Shown: positions 63,902 to 64,000 of the stretch, one piece after another
Layout of the letters: the number at the start of each line of letters is the position of its first letter
Position numbering within the stretch: the stretch's first letter is position 1
Assembly (NCBI GenBank): GCA_964589975.1
Contig: CAZPVH010000001.1
Span: forward strand, 100,853 to 164,852
Direction of reading: 5' to 3'
Source: an uncultured Candidatus Saccharibacteria bacterium
Lineage (GTDB): Bacteria > Patescibacteriota > Minisyncoccia > Phycocordibacterales > CSBR16-119
Length of the DNA: 64,000 bases
The notes under the pieces: model-generated
Seen by the model: the letters and a program-made list of their open reading frames with translations, nothing else
Told to the model about the DNA's origin: nothing
Databases searched by the model: none
Made by a program: the position numbers and the translations under genes

Positions 63902-64000
63902 TCCGCTATTCTACCTTTTTTCTAGTCACTAGGCACTAGCCACTAATCACTCGTCTTACAGCCACTTTTTGCCTTTGAAATAGACAAGCATGATAAGTCC

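Noticed and set aside
1-64000. Alternative genetic code with UGA as a sense codon, as in some CPR lineages
   Set aside because: Long, well-supported genes (for example the cohesin gene ending ...GCATGA, plus topA and typA) terminate at TGA. Standard-code translation gives full-length housekeeping proteins, so there is no need to invoke recoding.

Overview
This is a gene-dense bacterial window in the standard genetic code; TGA terminates the long ORFs, so a UGA-recoded lineage is unlikely. The core content is translation, replication and cell-envelope housekeeping genes. These include leuS, serS, lysS, cysS, the tRNA modifier dus, topA, dprA, dnaX, rpoD, typA, greA, murJ, a PBP2-like gene, a minimal mraZ-rsmH-ftsL-ftsI division block and one tRNA-Gln. 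Two accessory regions carry surface-protein genes. The first is three tandem glycine-rich membrane-anchored paralogs, a secreted peptidoglycan-binding protein and a 2379-aa repeat protein ending in the same glycine-rich module. The second is a dockerin-bearing secreted protein followed by two translationally coupled, membrane-anchored cohesin-like proteins and a SASA-type esterase. Several of these features (LeuRS with no editing domain, short DnaX and sigma factor, giant surface proteins, many small membrane proteins) point to a Patescibacteria/CPR-like or similarly streamlined organism. That lineage call is inference only. The sequence-level novelties I can defend are listed here. (i) The cohesin-dockerin triad. 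(ii) The glycine-rich paralog family. (iii) A LeuRS lacking the CP1 editing and leucyl-specific domains. (iv) A ~113-bp MITE-like element with imperfect terminal inverted repeats, TGAG target-site duplications and a compensatory base change in its stem. It is present twice, each time abutting a start codon. (v) Two terminator-bounded, GC-rich intergenic islands that look like structured ncRNAs of undetermined class. (vi) A phased AAGTGG direct-repeat operator candidate over the mraZ promoter. No CRISPR array, rRNA or integrase/transposase gene was seen.
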